A stretch of 64,000 bases of DNA, taken from the NCBI RefSeq assembly GCF_963921235.1, contig NC_086097.1:89592001-89656000 (forward strand). Direction: 5' to 3'. Shown in pieces: positions 1 through 11,520 of this stretch. Position 1 is the first letter of the stretch. Each line of letters starts with the position of its first letter. This DNA is from Mobula hypostoma. Taxonomy: Eukaryota. Both the position numbers and the translations under genes were made by a program. A model generated the notes under the pieces. The model ran no database searches. It was not told the origin of the DNA and saw nothing but the letters and a program-made list of their open reading frames with translations.

Positions 1-249
1 CCAGCATTTTCTGTACTTGTAATTTCCAATATCTCTGTTTTGCTGCTTTTTGAAGTCTCCCATTTGTAGACTCAGACTTAATCTGGCCGGGTTGCTTAGC
101 CATTTCAGCAGGCAGTCACAAATCAGCCATTGGTGAGGTTCCCAGGAATACCAGCTGGAGTGAGGGTGAGCAGATTTTTAAAATGTTTTAAAAAAATCTG
201 TTTAAAAAACATTATTTATTTATTTATTTTGTTGCCGGGGGGGGGGGGG

Positions 250-365
250 GTGGATTTTTGCATGGTTCCTTGGTTCTTTGTTTTGCGGCTGTCTGTTGGT
301 AAGATGTATCTCAGATGTTGTACACTACATCCATACTTCGATAATAAATGCACTCTGAATCTCCT
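250..365 (+). mobile_element. 3' tail fragment of Rex/Babar-type LINE
   Basis: Same tail motif (atctcag..ttgta....gataataaat..act.tgaa) recurs after Rex-type RT fragments at 33830-33915 and 44460-44530. Confidence 0.55.
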
Positions 366-687
366 GTGATGGGACTCGTTACGATTATCTGTACGGTATC
401 ATGCAGCTTTTTATGGGCGCTTGATTTAAGCAAGTTAGCTGCTGCATTTCCTACATTACAGCAGTGATGGCAAGCTCTATTGGCTGTGAATAATTAACCG
501 CTCAGTCAATCCTCATCATACCTGGATGAATTGTTAAGCTGTTCTCCCAAGTCCTCTGGCAAATTATTCAGTTGTATCGAAAAGATAGGCTACTCCTCTA
601 CCACTCATTAACTTTATCCAGGGCAAGTATGATGATGGGGGAAAAACCTGACCTAACTAGTAACCACCATGTCCAGAAAATAAAATA

Positions 688-772
688 CTGTGTGTGTATG
701 TGGTGTGCTTGTACACGTGTGGTTGTATGTATATACGTGTGTATGTGTATGCGTTTGTGTTTGTGTGTGAGT
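688..772. repeat. imperfect (TG)n/(TA)n microsatellite
   Basis: Directly visible dinucleotide run. Confidence 0.85.
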
Positions 773-1339
773 GCGAGAGACCGAAACTGGAACATTGGTT
801 TAATGCAGAAGTCAGGTAGCAGCGTAAAAGTAATAAAGCAGCCACTTGTAGTTTATAGCCCACAGCGCCAATAATTGCTCAGTGACCTTGTCTGCCATTT
901 GTTTTCTCTCCATTAGCTTGACCCCTTGTGAACCTCCTGAGAGGCCTTTACTTTTCCAAAAAAACACACATTGTGCAACATCAGTCTTTGAGAGCAAAAG
1001 GACATCAGTCGGTCTTGGTCTTGATAGCACGTTGTGTACACTGGTTTTCAATTCCCAGGGTTAAAGGTCAGAGAGCCAAAGTGCCTTGTCTGGAGTCTCC
1101 TCTTTGCTGGCATTTCACTCAGACTAGCCTGTGATCTATCATCCATTGTATGGTCCCAATCCGCTGGATTCCCACCCTCATGTTCACAGATTGCCTCTGC
1201 ATCTCCTGCGGCTTAATGACATTCTAAATATCAGCAGTTCTCCAGTTCTAGCTTTATCCCCGATTTCCTTCATTCCCCACCAGATGAACTGCATTTGAAT
1301 GTCCAGGCCCTAACTTCTGAACCTTCGCCTGCCTCACTG

Positions 1340-1520
1340 CCCTTCTCCTCCTCAGCCCCCTCCTTTCACCCCTCTCCCCCTCCCCTCAACACTCACCCTT
1401 TCACCACTCACCCATCTCCACTCTTTCCTCTCCCCTCTCTCCTCACCCCTCACTCCTCACCCCTCACCCCTCACCCCTCACCCCTTGCAACCTCCCATCT
1501 TTCCACCGTTTCTCTCCTCA
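1340..1520. repeat. C/T-rich low-complexity tract with (CACCCCT)n units
   Basis: Directly visible. Confidence 0.8.
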
Positions 1521-1609
1521 CTTACATTGCTCTTTTAAACCTATTAATTCAACTAAGATTTAGATCAGCTGTCCTAATTAAAAAAATAAACCCTGGCATT
1601 AACCTCAAT

Positions 1610-1870
1610 GGGCTGTAACTGAAGCTTGATTAGACCGCAGTTGGAAAACTGGGCAACACTCTGCTTGCTTTATTATAACAAAGATAGTGAGTGGCTGAAA
1701 AATGTCCACATGTTTAACACAAATAACAGCTTTATTCTCTAGAGAAGTGAAAGCTGACAAATGACTTTGAAGTTCTTGAAGTAATGGAAGTCTTTCACTA
1801 GCTGGACATGGAGAAGATATTTTGATTTGGAGGAAGATCCTAAACTCAGGGGGTTAAGACTATACAACAG
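1610..1870 (+). mobile_element. highly degraded CR1 LINE ORF2 3' fragment
   Basis: Degenerate similarity to the LVRPHLEY..W..Y / RGDL.E..K segments of other CR1 copies in the window. Confidence 0.45.
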
Positions 1871-2299
1871 TTAACAATATCCTTGGGGGAGCTCCGCAGA
1901 AACCTCTGACACAGATATCAGACTGAAACTGGAGTACACTTGAACAAAAGTACAGTAAGTAACACACAGGTACTTGATTATGCATGCTAGGGAGAAGAAT
2001 GCAAAGAGAGATAAAGAAAAGTGGGGAGGGTTTATGTACTGAAAATGTGCCAAAAGCCTCATTTACTAAGTTTTTGTCTCTAACTTCATGAAGTGAAACC
2101 AGCATTTGATTGTGTGTTCCATGGAGGGGAACTTGCATGTAGTCACTGCAGCTCTGTCCTGCTGGATGGTAGACATTGCGACATTAGAAGATGCCGTTGT
2201 AAAAGAATGGGGCCGTACTATAGACCCCTCAATAGTCAATAGTAACTTGAGTGGCTTGTGCGCAGAGAAATCTCTCATAGTGTAAGAATAATAGGGTTG

Positions 2300-2520
2300 C
2301 ATGGTGGGAGATATTAATTTCCCTGATATTGATTGGGCTATCCAGTGCTAAGAGCCTAGCCAGGGTGGAATTTGTGAAATGTGTCCAGGAAAGCTTTCCA
2401 GGTCAATATACAGAGGATCCTACTTGGAAGGGTGCAATAATGGGCCTCCTCTTAAGGAACGAGCATGGCAAGGACCTGGCGTGACAGTCAAGGAGCACTT
2501 GGGGTCTAGTGAGCACCATT
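2300..2520 (+). mobile_element. CR1 LINE APE-endonuclease fragment
   Basis: Matches 51905-52125 (GD.NFPDIDW...EFVKCVQE...LG.SEH). Confidence 0.75.
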
Positions 2521-2524
2521 CACT

Positions 2525-3120
2525 AGAGAAATCCCTGCCCAGCTGCCATCAGCATATAACCTATAACACCAGAAGTCCCAGCAAACTAGACAACTGTCAT
2601 ACCGAGATAATGAATGCCCACTGTTCCATTCCCAGAACGCGTTTCGTTAAATCTGATGACTTGGCTGCCCTTCTCCTACCTGCATACAGGCAGAGGCTAA
2701 AGAGCAAATCTCCAGAGATTAGGCCAACAAAGAGGTGGTTGCGGAAGGCAAAGGACCAGCTTGTGGGATTACTTCAGGTCGGTGGACTGGGCCGGGTTCA
2801 AGGACTCACCTGTGGATCTGAATGAATACACCATGGTTGGCATAGACTTTATTAAACCAGTTGTAGACAAGGGTGTCCTCACAAACTCATTCAGAGTTTT
2901 CCCCAACAGGTAGCTCTGGATGAATGATGAATGTGAAATCTGCTGAAGGCCAGATCTGAGGACTTTTCATCTCCTGTTCTCAATATTTATTGTGTATTTA
3001 TTTATAATTATTATTTCTTTCTTTTTGTATTTACACAGGTTGTTGTCTTTCGCACACTGTTTGAATGCCGAGTTGTTGTGGTCTTTCATTGATTCTGTTA
3101 TGGTTATTATTCTATAATGG
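2525..3120 (+). mobile_element. Rex/Babar-type LINE endonuclease fragment plus 3' tail
   Basis: HQHITYNTRSPSKLDNC...FVKSDDLAALLLPAYRQRLK resembles the C-terminal APE segment (LDHCY...GKSDH); AT-rich LINE tail follows at 2960-3120. Confidence 0.7.
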
Positions 3121-3121
3121 A

Positions 3122-4962
3122 TTTAGATTAGATTGAACTTTATTGTTATTGAGCTGAGTACAGATACAAAGCCTATGAAATGCAGTTAGCATCTGACTAG
3201 AAATGCAAAGAATCAAACTCAGTTACAGAGAAAGGTTGAATAGGTTAGGACTTTATTCCCTGGAGCATAGAAGAATGAGGGGAGATTTGATAGAGGTATA
3301 TAAAATTGTGATGGGTATAGATAGAGTGAATGCAAGCAGGCTTTTTTCACTGAGGCAAGGGGAGAAAAAAACCAGAGGACATGGGTTAAGGGTGAGGGGG
3401 GAAAAGTTTAAAGGGAACATTAGGGGCGGCTTCTTCACACAGAGAGTGGTGGGAGTATGGAATGAGCTGCCAGACGAGGTGGTAACTGCGGGTTCTTTTT
3501 TAACATTTAAGAATAAATTGGACAGATACATGGATGGGAGGTATATGGAGGGATATGGTCCGTGTGCAGGTCAGGGGACTAGGCAGAAAATAGTTCGGCA
3601 CAGCCAAGAAGGGCCAAAAGGCCTGTTTCTGTGCTGTAGTTTTTCTATGGTTTCTAATAGTGTTGTTTACAAAACAACTGCAAATAAAAAAGTGCTATAG
3701 CACACAAATATAAAAATACTGAGACAGTCCAATATGGGTGCAGTACTGCTTAGCTCTGTGATATGAAGTTCAGCAGGGTCACAGCCTCAGGGAAGAAGCT
3801 CTTCCTGTGCCTGCTGGTGCAGGAGCGGAGGCTCCTGTAGCGCCTACCGGATGGGAGGAGAGTAAAAAGTCCAAGGTTAGGGTGAGATGCATCCTTGATA
3901 ATGTTTTTCGCCCTGCCCAGGCAGAATTTATGGTAGATGTTCTCAATGGTGGGCAATTGGGTGCTGATAATCTGCCAGGCAGATTTTACCACACGTTGGA
4001 GTGTTTTGCAGTCCAATACGGGACAATTGCCATACCACACTGAGATGTAGTTGGTGAGTATGCTCTCAATGGTACACTGGTAAAAGTCCGTCAGTATCCT
4101 GGGACAGAGGTGAGCTTTCTTGATGCTCCGCAGGAAATAAAAGCACTGTTGTGCCTTTTTGATCAGGACGGAGGAGTTCAGGGACCAGGTGAGATCCTCG
4201 GAAATGTGGACACCAAGGAACTTGAAGCTTGATACACGCTCCACTACAGCTCCATTAATGTAGCTGGGGACGTGAGTGTGGCTCCTAGCATGCCTGAAGT
4301 CCACAATGATCTCCTTGGTCTTCTGGGTGTTAAGGGCCAGGTTGTTGTCGGCACACCACGTGACCAGGTGCTGGACCTCGTCCCTGTAGGCTATCTCGTC
4401 ATCCCCTCTGATCAGGCCAATCACTGTGGTGTTGTCTGCGAACGTGGTTATGGAGTTAGAACCATGTACAGGAACACAGTCATAGGTGAAAAGGGAGTAC
4501 AGAAGAGGGCTCAGCACACAGCCTTGAGGCACGCCGGTGTTCAGGGTGAGAGTGTAGGAGGAGAGTTTGTCTAACTTAACTGATTGGGGTCTGTTAGTCA
4601 GATAATCCAAGGTCCAATTGCAGAGGAATGAGCTGATACCAAGCTGGCGAAGTTTGACGATCAGCTTGGAGGGGATCACAGTATTGAATGCCGAACTAAA
4701 GTCAATGAACAGCATTCTGACGTAAGAGTTGGGGCTGTTCAGGTGGGTCAGGGCATAGTGAAGTGACGTGGAGATGGCATCCTCTGTTGACCTGTTGGTG
4801 CGATAGGCAAATTGATGGGGGTCCAGGGTAGTGGGCAGACAGGATTTCAGATGTGATAGAACCAGTCTCTCAAAGCACTTTGCAATGATGGGGGTGAGTG
4901 CAACTGGGCGGACGTCAGTCAGGCCCTTGGTAGTGGAATGCTTCAGCACTGGCACGATGGTT
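3122..4962 (-). mobile_element. 5'-truncated Rex1/Babar-type LINE; 401-aa open RT + DUF1891-like ORF (3750-4955), 3' UTR split by a CR1
   Basis: [60 protein letters not shown] (YADD-like), [14 protein letters not shown]; (TCTAA)n tail at 3122-3135. Confidence 0.9.
3213..3656 (+). mobile_element. CR1 LINE 3' end nested in the Rex-type 3' UTR
   Basis: LSYRERLNRLGLYSLEHRRMRGDLIEVYK..TRGH..WNELP; tail gggccaaaaggcctgtttctgtgctgta..ttctatg. Confidence 0.92.
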
Positions 4963-5000
4963 TGTCTGGTGCTGTTCTTGAAATGTTCTTACGTTTATAA

Positions 5001-5815
5001 CATTGGACAGCGATTTTATTCAAAGCTTTTCTTCAAAAGTTTTCCTCAGAAATTTTGTTTGTTAATGATAGGCCGCTTGAAGCTGAACGCAAATCTAATT
5101 TCAGACAACTTGTATTACATAGGAATTTTGAGAAACAAGAAATTAATTTTTACTGAATATAATGCGTTTAATTTTATGAAGGTGCTGACACTTTGCTAAG
5201 CTCAGCTAAAAATGTTTTGTTGATGATTTTCATTTGTACTCACTGCCTGAGGCTTCTTGCTTAAGTGTCCAACAATAATCAGCTAACATTGATGGATTCC
5301 AGTTGCCCTGATACCATTTTTCCACAACCTCATTGGCCTGGTGAAACCATTCACCATGCTTGTCACTGACACTGCCAAGATTTATAGACAAGAAGTCTAA
5401 ATGGGAATACAGAAAATGAATCTTTAGTGACATTTTGCATATCATGGTTTTGAATGCTTGAAGCATGCCGTCAACCAACTGCATGTACGTTTGTAGTTTG
5501 GTGCTCTGTAGTTGCCAAGAAAATTTTCAACAACACCCTTGAATGCCTTTCATGCGATTTTCTCTGGTCCCACTAGAAATTCTTTGAATTGCCTTTTGTG
5601 TGATGACCTTTTGAGTTGTGGACCAACAAGAATGCCTTCCTTAATCTTTGCATCAGTTATTCTGACTTGAATAATAAATTGAAATAACAAATATAGGCAA
5701 TTTCAAAAAAAAAAGCGTGATAGAGAAATTTTATGGTGATTTTCATGATCAGCAGCCCAAAATCCACAAGGTACATCCAAACGTGTTCAGGAAACAAAAT
5801 CTTTATTGTCTTGTG
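5001..5815 (-). mobile_element. internally deleted Chapaev3-like (CMC) DNA transposon
   Basis: Transposase C-terminus 5230-5650 (KIKEGILVGPQ..ENFLGN..MSLKIHFLYSHLDF..VSDKHGEWFHQ..YQGNWNPSMLADYCW); degenerate TIRs cattggacag (5001) / ttgtcttgtg (ends 5815); TAA on both sides. Confidence 0.7.
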
Positions 5816-6654
5816 TAATTTAACCCGCGCTGTTCCCTAGCTTGGTGGCTATGAGAGTTTGAGGAACGTAATGGAAGCTTTATCATTGTATTCTTTACCA
5901 TTTGCCAGAGGTTTAATTTGTTATTTACATTTTTCAGAACCTGACCAGTTTGGTCAATGATGGTGCTAGCAAGTCACTGGTGCAATGGGCATTATAGCCA
6001 CCCACTCACATTACTCTTCACTCCTTTTTCCCTTGGTGTTTCAGACAAGTGTTAATTAATCTGAATGAGTAGAGCTTTGTCCATGCTTGCCATGAAATCT
6101 CTAGAAAGTACTACGACCACTCGCACCTGATTGTCCACCAGCTGAAAGGCATCTGTCCTGCCAATTGCACAGGGATATGCACATGGGTGGCGATGAAAGA
6201 GTGTGTCTGAAAAGTGCAATGCAGATCAGCCAATGTTTTACTGGTCTCATCTGTCCAGCTTCCAATTAAAGCCCCCTCAATTCTGGCACATGTCTCCTCC
6301 ACTGTAATTATAATTTGTCACAGCAGTCTGACAGAACCTTTAAGTAGTTAAGGTCAACCACACTGCGTTGTGTGTAGACTCACTAATAGGCAAGACCATT
6401 ACTGACATGAGTGTGTTCACTTGTTATTACGTTTATTTACTGTGAAATTCCAACTGCTAGGCATGGGGTAAAACGCCTCTTATATCCTCATAAGATGGCA
6501 GCCACTACATAAAGTTGACTTAAAAATTCCAGGTGTAATAAATGTTTAACATAGGGTAAAAATGCCAATATATTCTGAGTGGGGAGAAGGTGATAGGTGA
6601 GATCAGGTGAGGGGGAAGGTGAGTAGTTGGGGGAGGGAGTAGTTGGAAGAGATG

Positions 6655-7137
6655 CAGTACTGTGCAAAAGTCTTAGGCACATATATAGCTAGGGCGCATA
6701 AGACTTTCGCACAGTACTGTATTTGTCAATATGCTGTAGAGAGCGGGTTTGTAAATCTGGCGGCAGCAAAGAATGTTGGGAGTAGTGACGTTGGAGTGCA
6801 GCGGGAGGGGTGTGGGACAAGTGGTAAAGAAAGAGTGCCAGGGGTGGGGTTGGCATGGGTGCAGGCACACCCAGCCCTGAGACACCAGGCAAAATCATTT
6901 GATCCCAAACAGCTGGCTTATTGATCATTACAGAATGTCTCTCTGGTACTCCCAGCTTCCTACCCTCTCCCTTCCCCCTTTCCAAACCATGATTCACCCT
7001 CTCCCTATCCACTTCCCACTCTCAGTCCACAATAGAGACTCTATCAGAATCAAGTTTATCATCAACCACTTATGTCATGAAATTTGTTTTTTTTTGCAGC
7101 AGTACAGTGCAATACATAAAATTACTACAGTACTGTG
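6655..7137. mobile_element. Tc1-like composite MITE, copy 1 (right end truncated by the Gypsy LTR)
   Basis: Left hairpin cagtactgtgcaaaagtcttaggcac...ataagactttcgcacagtactg (6655-6719); body homologous to 57643-58107. Confidence 0.75.
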
Positions 7138-7314
7138 TGTAATGTATGGAGCTATTTCTTTTAGTGCAATGACTCCCCTTAGTACTAACTATTGACTGAT
7201 AACTTACCCGTGTGCATTGATTTGCTGCTCTCTCTGCAAAGCGAGTATACACATTAACTTCACCCTTTAGTGTGTGCCTTTACTTATTTGATATGTAGCT
7301 GCACAGACATGACA
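7138..7314 (+). mobile_element. probable 5' LTR of the Gypsy element
   Basis: tgtaatg...catgaca termini, followed by a PBS-like ttagcgaca and then gag. Confidence 0.5.
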
Positions 7315-8233
7315 GATTAGCGACAAATACAAACCTGAATGTCAGCGAATATCACCAACTACACCGACAGTTACAAGACAACTGAATTCGGAGCAAGGGA
7401 GAGAAGCAGCGAGAGGGAAGAGTGAACCAGTACAGAGAAGGTAGTTCTGGATGCTAGAAAAGGGTGTGTGAGTAACAGTGCACAGTGAGAGACACACAGC
7501 TTGTAAAACTGAAATGAAAATAACATGACGGTGGCCTTAGTTGGGAAAATTGATGAATTTGAGAGTGCCAATGAGGACTGGGAATCATATATTGAGAGGA
7601 TTGAACTTATTGTAATGTAATGATGTGGATGAGGTAAAGGAAGTCTCCACACTTCTTAGTTTAATGGGTGCTGGAATGTGCAGTCTCTTACGCAACTTAG
7701 TAACTTCTGAAAAGCCAGCAAGCAAGATATTAGACAAAGTTGTTGTAATTTTGCAAAAACCCTTGAGCCAAAAACCACTAGTAATAGCTGAAAGATTTAG
7801 ATTTCACAAAGGGAACCTGTGACAAGGATGAAAGCATTTCTGAATACACGGCAGAACTGCACAGAATTTCCCAGTACTGAGACTTTGAAGAAGGACTTTC
7901 TGATGAATTCATGTACAGGCTTGTATTTGGCATGCATAGTCAAAGCAGTCAAAAGAGTCTACTGGCGGAAAGAGACCTAACCTCAGAACAGGCATTGAGC
8001 ATTGCAATATTGTTAGAGACTACAGCAAAAGATGCAGCAGACCCACAGCAAAAGAGTTTAGAATGCGAAATGCACAAAATGTCCCTGAATGGTGCAAAAA
8101 TCCAAAAATGTTATCAATGTGGCAAATCTTCCCATGATTCAAATCACTGTTAGTTCAAAGAAAAAGTTTAAAGTGTCACAAACAAGGCCACATAGAGAGA
8201 GTGTGAAAGTCAGATTAAAAGCACAACCTAAGA

Positions 8234-9023
8234 CAGCGGTCCCCAACAACTAGGCCACAAAGCATGTGCTACTCAGCCGCGAGGAAACGATATGAGTCAG
8301 CTGCACCTTTCCTCATTCCCTGTCACACACTGTTGAACTTGAACATAGGGTTGCCAACTGTCCCGTATTTGCTGGGACATCCGGTATGTTGGGCTAAATT
8401 GGTTTGTCCCATACGGGACTGCCCTTGTCCGGTATTTCCCCTGCTAAGGTAGAGCGTTCCTATGAAACCTTTCGTGCCGAAATGGCATAAAGCGAAGAAA
8501 CAATTGCCATTCATTTATATGGGAAAATTTTTGAGCGTTCCCAGACCCAAAAAAATAACCTACCAAGTCGTACCAAATAACACATAAAACCAAAAATAAC
8601 ACTAACATATAGTAAAAGCAGGAATTATATGATAAATACACAGCCTATATAAAGTAGAAATAATGTATGTACAGTATAGTTGGGAAGATTAAGCCAAAAC
8701 GGATTTGTGGAAAAAAAATTGGCACGTACGCGCATGCTCATGTCACATATGCACACGTCACGCATGTGTACACAGGTGCCCACGCAAGGCTTCATGGTCA
8801 TGGTAGTCTTTCCTGGGGAAAACGCAAGTGTCCTGAAATTTGACTGCTAATTTTGTCCCTTATTTGGGAGTGAGAAAGTTGGCAACCCTAACTGTAAAAG
8901 ACATGTTGAGGTGAGTTTAACCCTACTTGAACACCCACCCCCCTGCCCCCCCGGTTGGCCGGTCCGCAAGAATATTGTCAATATTAAACTGGTCCGTGGT
9001 GCAAAAAAGGTTGGGGACCCCTG
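8234..9023. mobile_element. hAT (Charlie-like) MITE
   Basis: TIRs cagcggtccccaac / gttggggacccctg; exact 8-bp TSD acctaaga at 8226-8233 and 9024-9031. Confidence 0.9.
8346..8925. mobile_element. nested hAT-type MITE with TAGGGTTGCCAAC TIRs
   Basis: tagggttgccaact at 8346; agttggcaacccta ending 8890; 8-bp direct repeat cttgaaca at 8338-8345 and 8926-8933. Confidence 0.8.
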
Positions 9024-9170
9024 ACCTAAGAGAAAAACCATACAGAGTGAAAAGTTTCAAATGCAAAACTAAATAAATGCATAAACTGACTGAATGTGAA
9101 ACTGAATCAGATAACACAGAGTCAACAAAGGTGAGCTGTCACATCTAGAACTGTACAGCATTACTGAAGC

Positions 9171-10577
9171 TGTCATGGTCCGGTCCGTGAAGTCTGCATT
9201 CTGGTTCACGGTCCGGTCCATGGACTCAGGACTCCGGGTCTTCCAGCTGTCCTTTGTTTGAGTTAATCACAGGCACCAGATTCCCATCTTGAGGTTTGGA
9301 ATATAAGTAGCCTTGGGGCTAGTGTGAGCTGCTGGTTTGTTTTGTCAAGATCCCCTGGGAGCAACCTGCTGGTGGAATGCTAGAGCAGCCAATTGCCATC
9401 TCTAGGCCATGTTGGGGAACCACCCCCTCATGGAGCCTTGCTGTCAGTAGTTGGATCTGTCTTTGTGGTATGGATGTGGCTGTTTCCCGGGCCAGCTGAG
9501 TAGCTGCCAGCTACTCAGAGCTAGGTCGGGATCCAGCTGTTTCTGTAGCCAGCTGAGGTTGCTGGCTCAACTGAGATGCAGAGCTACCCCAGAGAAGAGA
9601 TGGAACTGTCTGTCATTCTGTGGTGTTTGTCTCTTCTTGTCCTCGCCTCCATGGGGTAACTAAGGTCGTTTTGCTGTTGCCCTGCAAGGGGATCTGTCTT
9701 GTTTTGTCCTCACCTCTGTGGGGTAAGTCAGGCCATTCTGCAATTGCCCTGCGGGGAGATCTGTCTTTTCTTGTCTTTGCCTCTGTTGGGTAAGTCTGGT
9801 TGTCTGCCATTACCCAACAGGTGGACCTGTCCCACCTTGTTGTGGAGAGGTTGAGTCCCGGCTTGTCTAAGTATAAGTCCCGGCTCTATGTCTATGTGCA
9901 GTCCTGTCTCATGTTGGTGTCGTGTTAGTGATGAGTCCCTGCTTTTCGAAGGACAAGTCCCGGCTCTATGTTGATGTTCAGTTCCCAGTCGGTCTCTCAG
10001 CTCCAACCTCTGAGTTATCAGCCTCCGCATTTCAAGATGAAGATCCTGCAGCCAAGCTCCAAGAACCCAAGCCTCGAGGATCCCGCAGCCGAGCCCCAAG
10101 AACCCAAGCCTCGAGGATCCCGCAGCCGAGCCCCAAGCCTGTAGACCAAGACCCCAGCCTCCAAGCCTGAAGACCAAGACCCCAAGCCAAGCTCCAAGAA
10201 CACAAGCCTCAAGACCAAGATCCCAAGCCAAGCTCCAAGACCAAGAACCCAGCCTGCAGCCCCAAGCCTCTAGACCCCAGCCACGTCCTGTCCTGTAGTC
10301 ATGTCATGTCCTTGCCTGGTTCTGGCGCCCGAGCCCGAGGCAAGACCCAGGTTCTGGGTCCTTGTCCAGTCTCTGGCTCGGAGCCCAAGCCCGGGATCCT
10401 AGTGCATAGTTCCTTGTCCGGGTTCCCTGTCTTGTCCATGCCCTCACCCAAGGCTGCATTCTTGTCCCTGCTCCTTGTCTGTATTCGGTCACGTCCCTAC
10501 TCTAGTCAAGTCCTGTTCCTTGTACTTCAGTGTCTCTGTCTTGCATTTGGGTCCGTTCCCAGCACCCCACTGTGACA
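9171..10577 (+). mobile_element. solo LTR (1407 bp) with internal tandem repeats
   Basis: tgtca...tgaca termini; 5-bp TSD gaagc (9166-9170, 10578-10582); TATA-like atataag at 9301 suggests + orientation; Gypsy coding sequence resumes after it. Confidence 0.85.
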
Positions 10578-10986
10578 GAAGCAGATCCCAAAATCATATG
10601 GATCACAACAGATGTGTCTGGTGTAAAACAAAAAGTGGAGTTGGATATAAGTTCAGCTTTGTCTATAATTTTAGAGGCTGACTACAACAGACTGTTTTCT
10701 AATCTACTTTCAGAAAAGATCTTTTACTGAGGACCTACACAGACAAAAACGTGCCTCCCAAAGGCAAGCTGAAAGTGAATGTGATGTGTGGAGGAAAAAC
10801 ACAGCAGTTAGAGCTTTGTTTGAAAAGTGGAGGGCCAACACTTTTTGGACATGAATAGTTGAGAAAAATCCAACTAGACTGGCACACAATCAAAGCTCTC
10901 AATATATCATCAACAGGCAATAGCAGCCCAAACGGTAGCACTAACCAGAGACTGTCACAGCTGCTTAATGCTAATGAGAACGTGTT

Positions 10987-11520
10987 AGAAACATAGAAAC
11001 ATAGAAAACCTTCAGCACAATACAGGCCCTTCGGCCCACAAAGTTATGCTGAACATGTTCCTACCTTAGAAATTACTAGGGTTACCCATAACCCTCTATT
11101 TTTCTAAGATCCATGTACCGATCCAAAAGTCTCTTAAAAGATCCTATCGTATCCGCCTCTACCACCGTTACCGGCAGCCCATTCCACGCACTCACCACTC
11201 TCTGGGTAAAAAACTTACCCCTGGCATCTCCTCTGTACCTACTCCCCAGCACCTTAAACCTGTGCCCTCTTGTGGCAACCATTTCAGCCCTGGGAAAAAG
11301 CCTTTGACTGTCCACACGATCAGTTTCCTCTCATCATCTTGTACACCTCTATCAGGTCACCTTTCATCCTCCGTCGCTCCAAGGAGAAAAGGCCGAGTTC
11401 ACTGAACCTGTCTTCATAAGGCATGCTCCCCAATCCAGGCAACATCCTTGTAAATCTCCTCTGCACCCTTTCTATGGTTTCCACATCCTTCCTGTAGTGA
11501 GGCGACCAGAACTGAGCACA
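10987..11520 (-). mobile_element. CR1 LINE 3' end nested in Gypsy pol
   Basis: CAQFWSPHYRKDV..RRFTRMLPGL..RGHRFKV..WNGLP; tail seen as agaaacatagaaaacatag. Confidence 0.92.

Noticed and set aside
2379..2825. 148-aa ORF as a novel gene
   Set aside because: Chance read-through across a CR1 fragment (out of frame) and a Rex endonuclease fragment
3750..4955. Domesticated or active reverse transcriptase gene
   Set aside because: 5'-truncated, lacks the endonuclease, catalytic DD is mutated to DN, and the tail is interrupted by a CR1
9728..10231. Low-complexity ORFs (GLG/AW-rich, PKP-rich)
   Set aside because: They arise from tandem repeats inside the solo LTR
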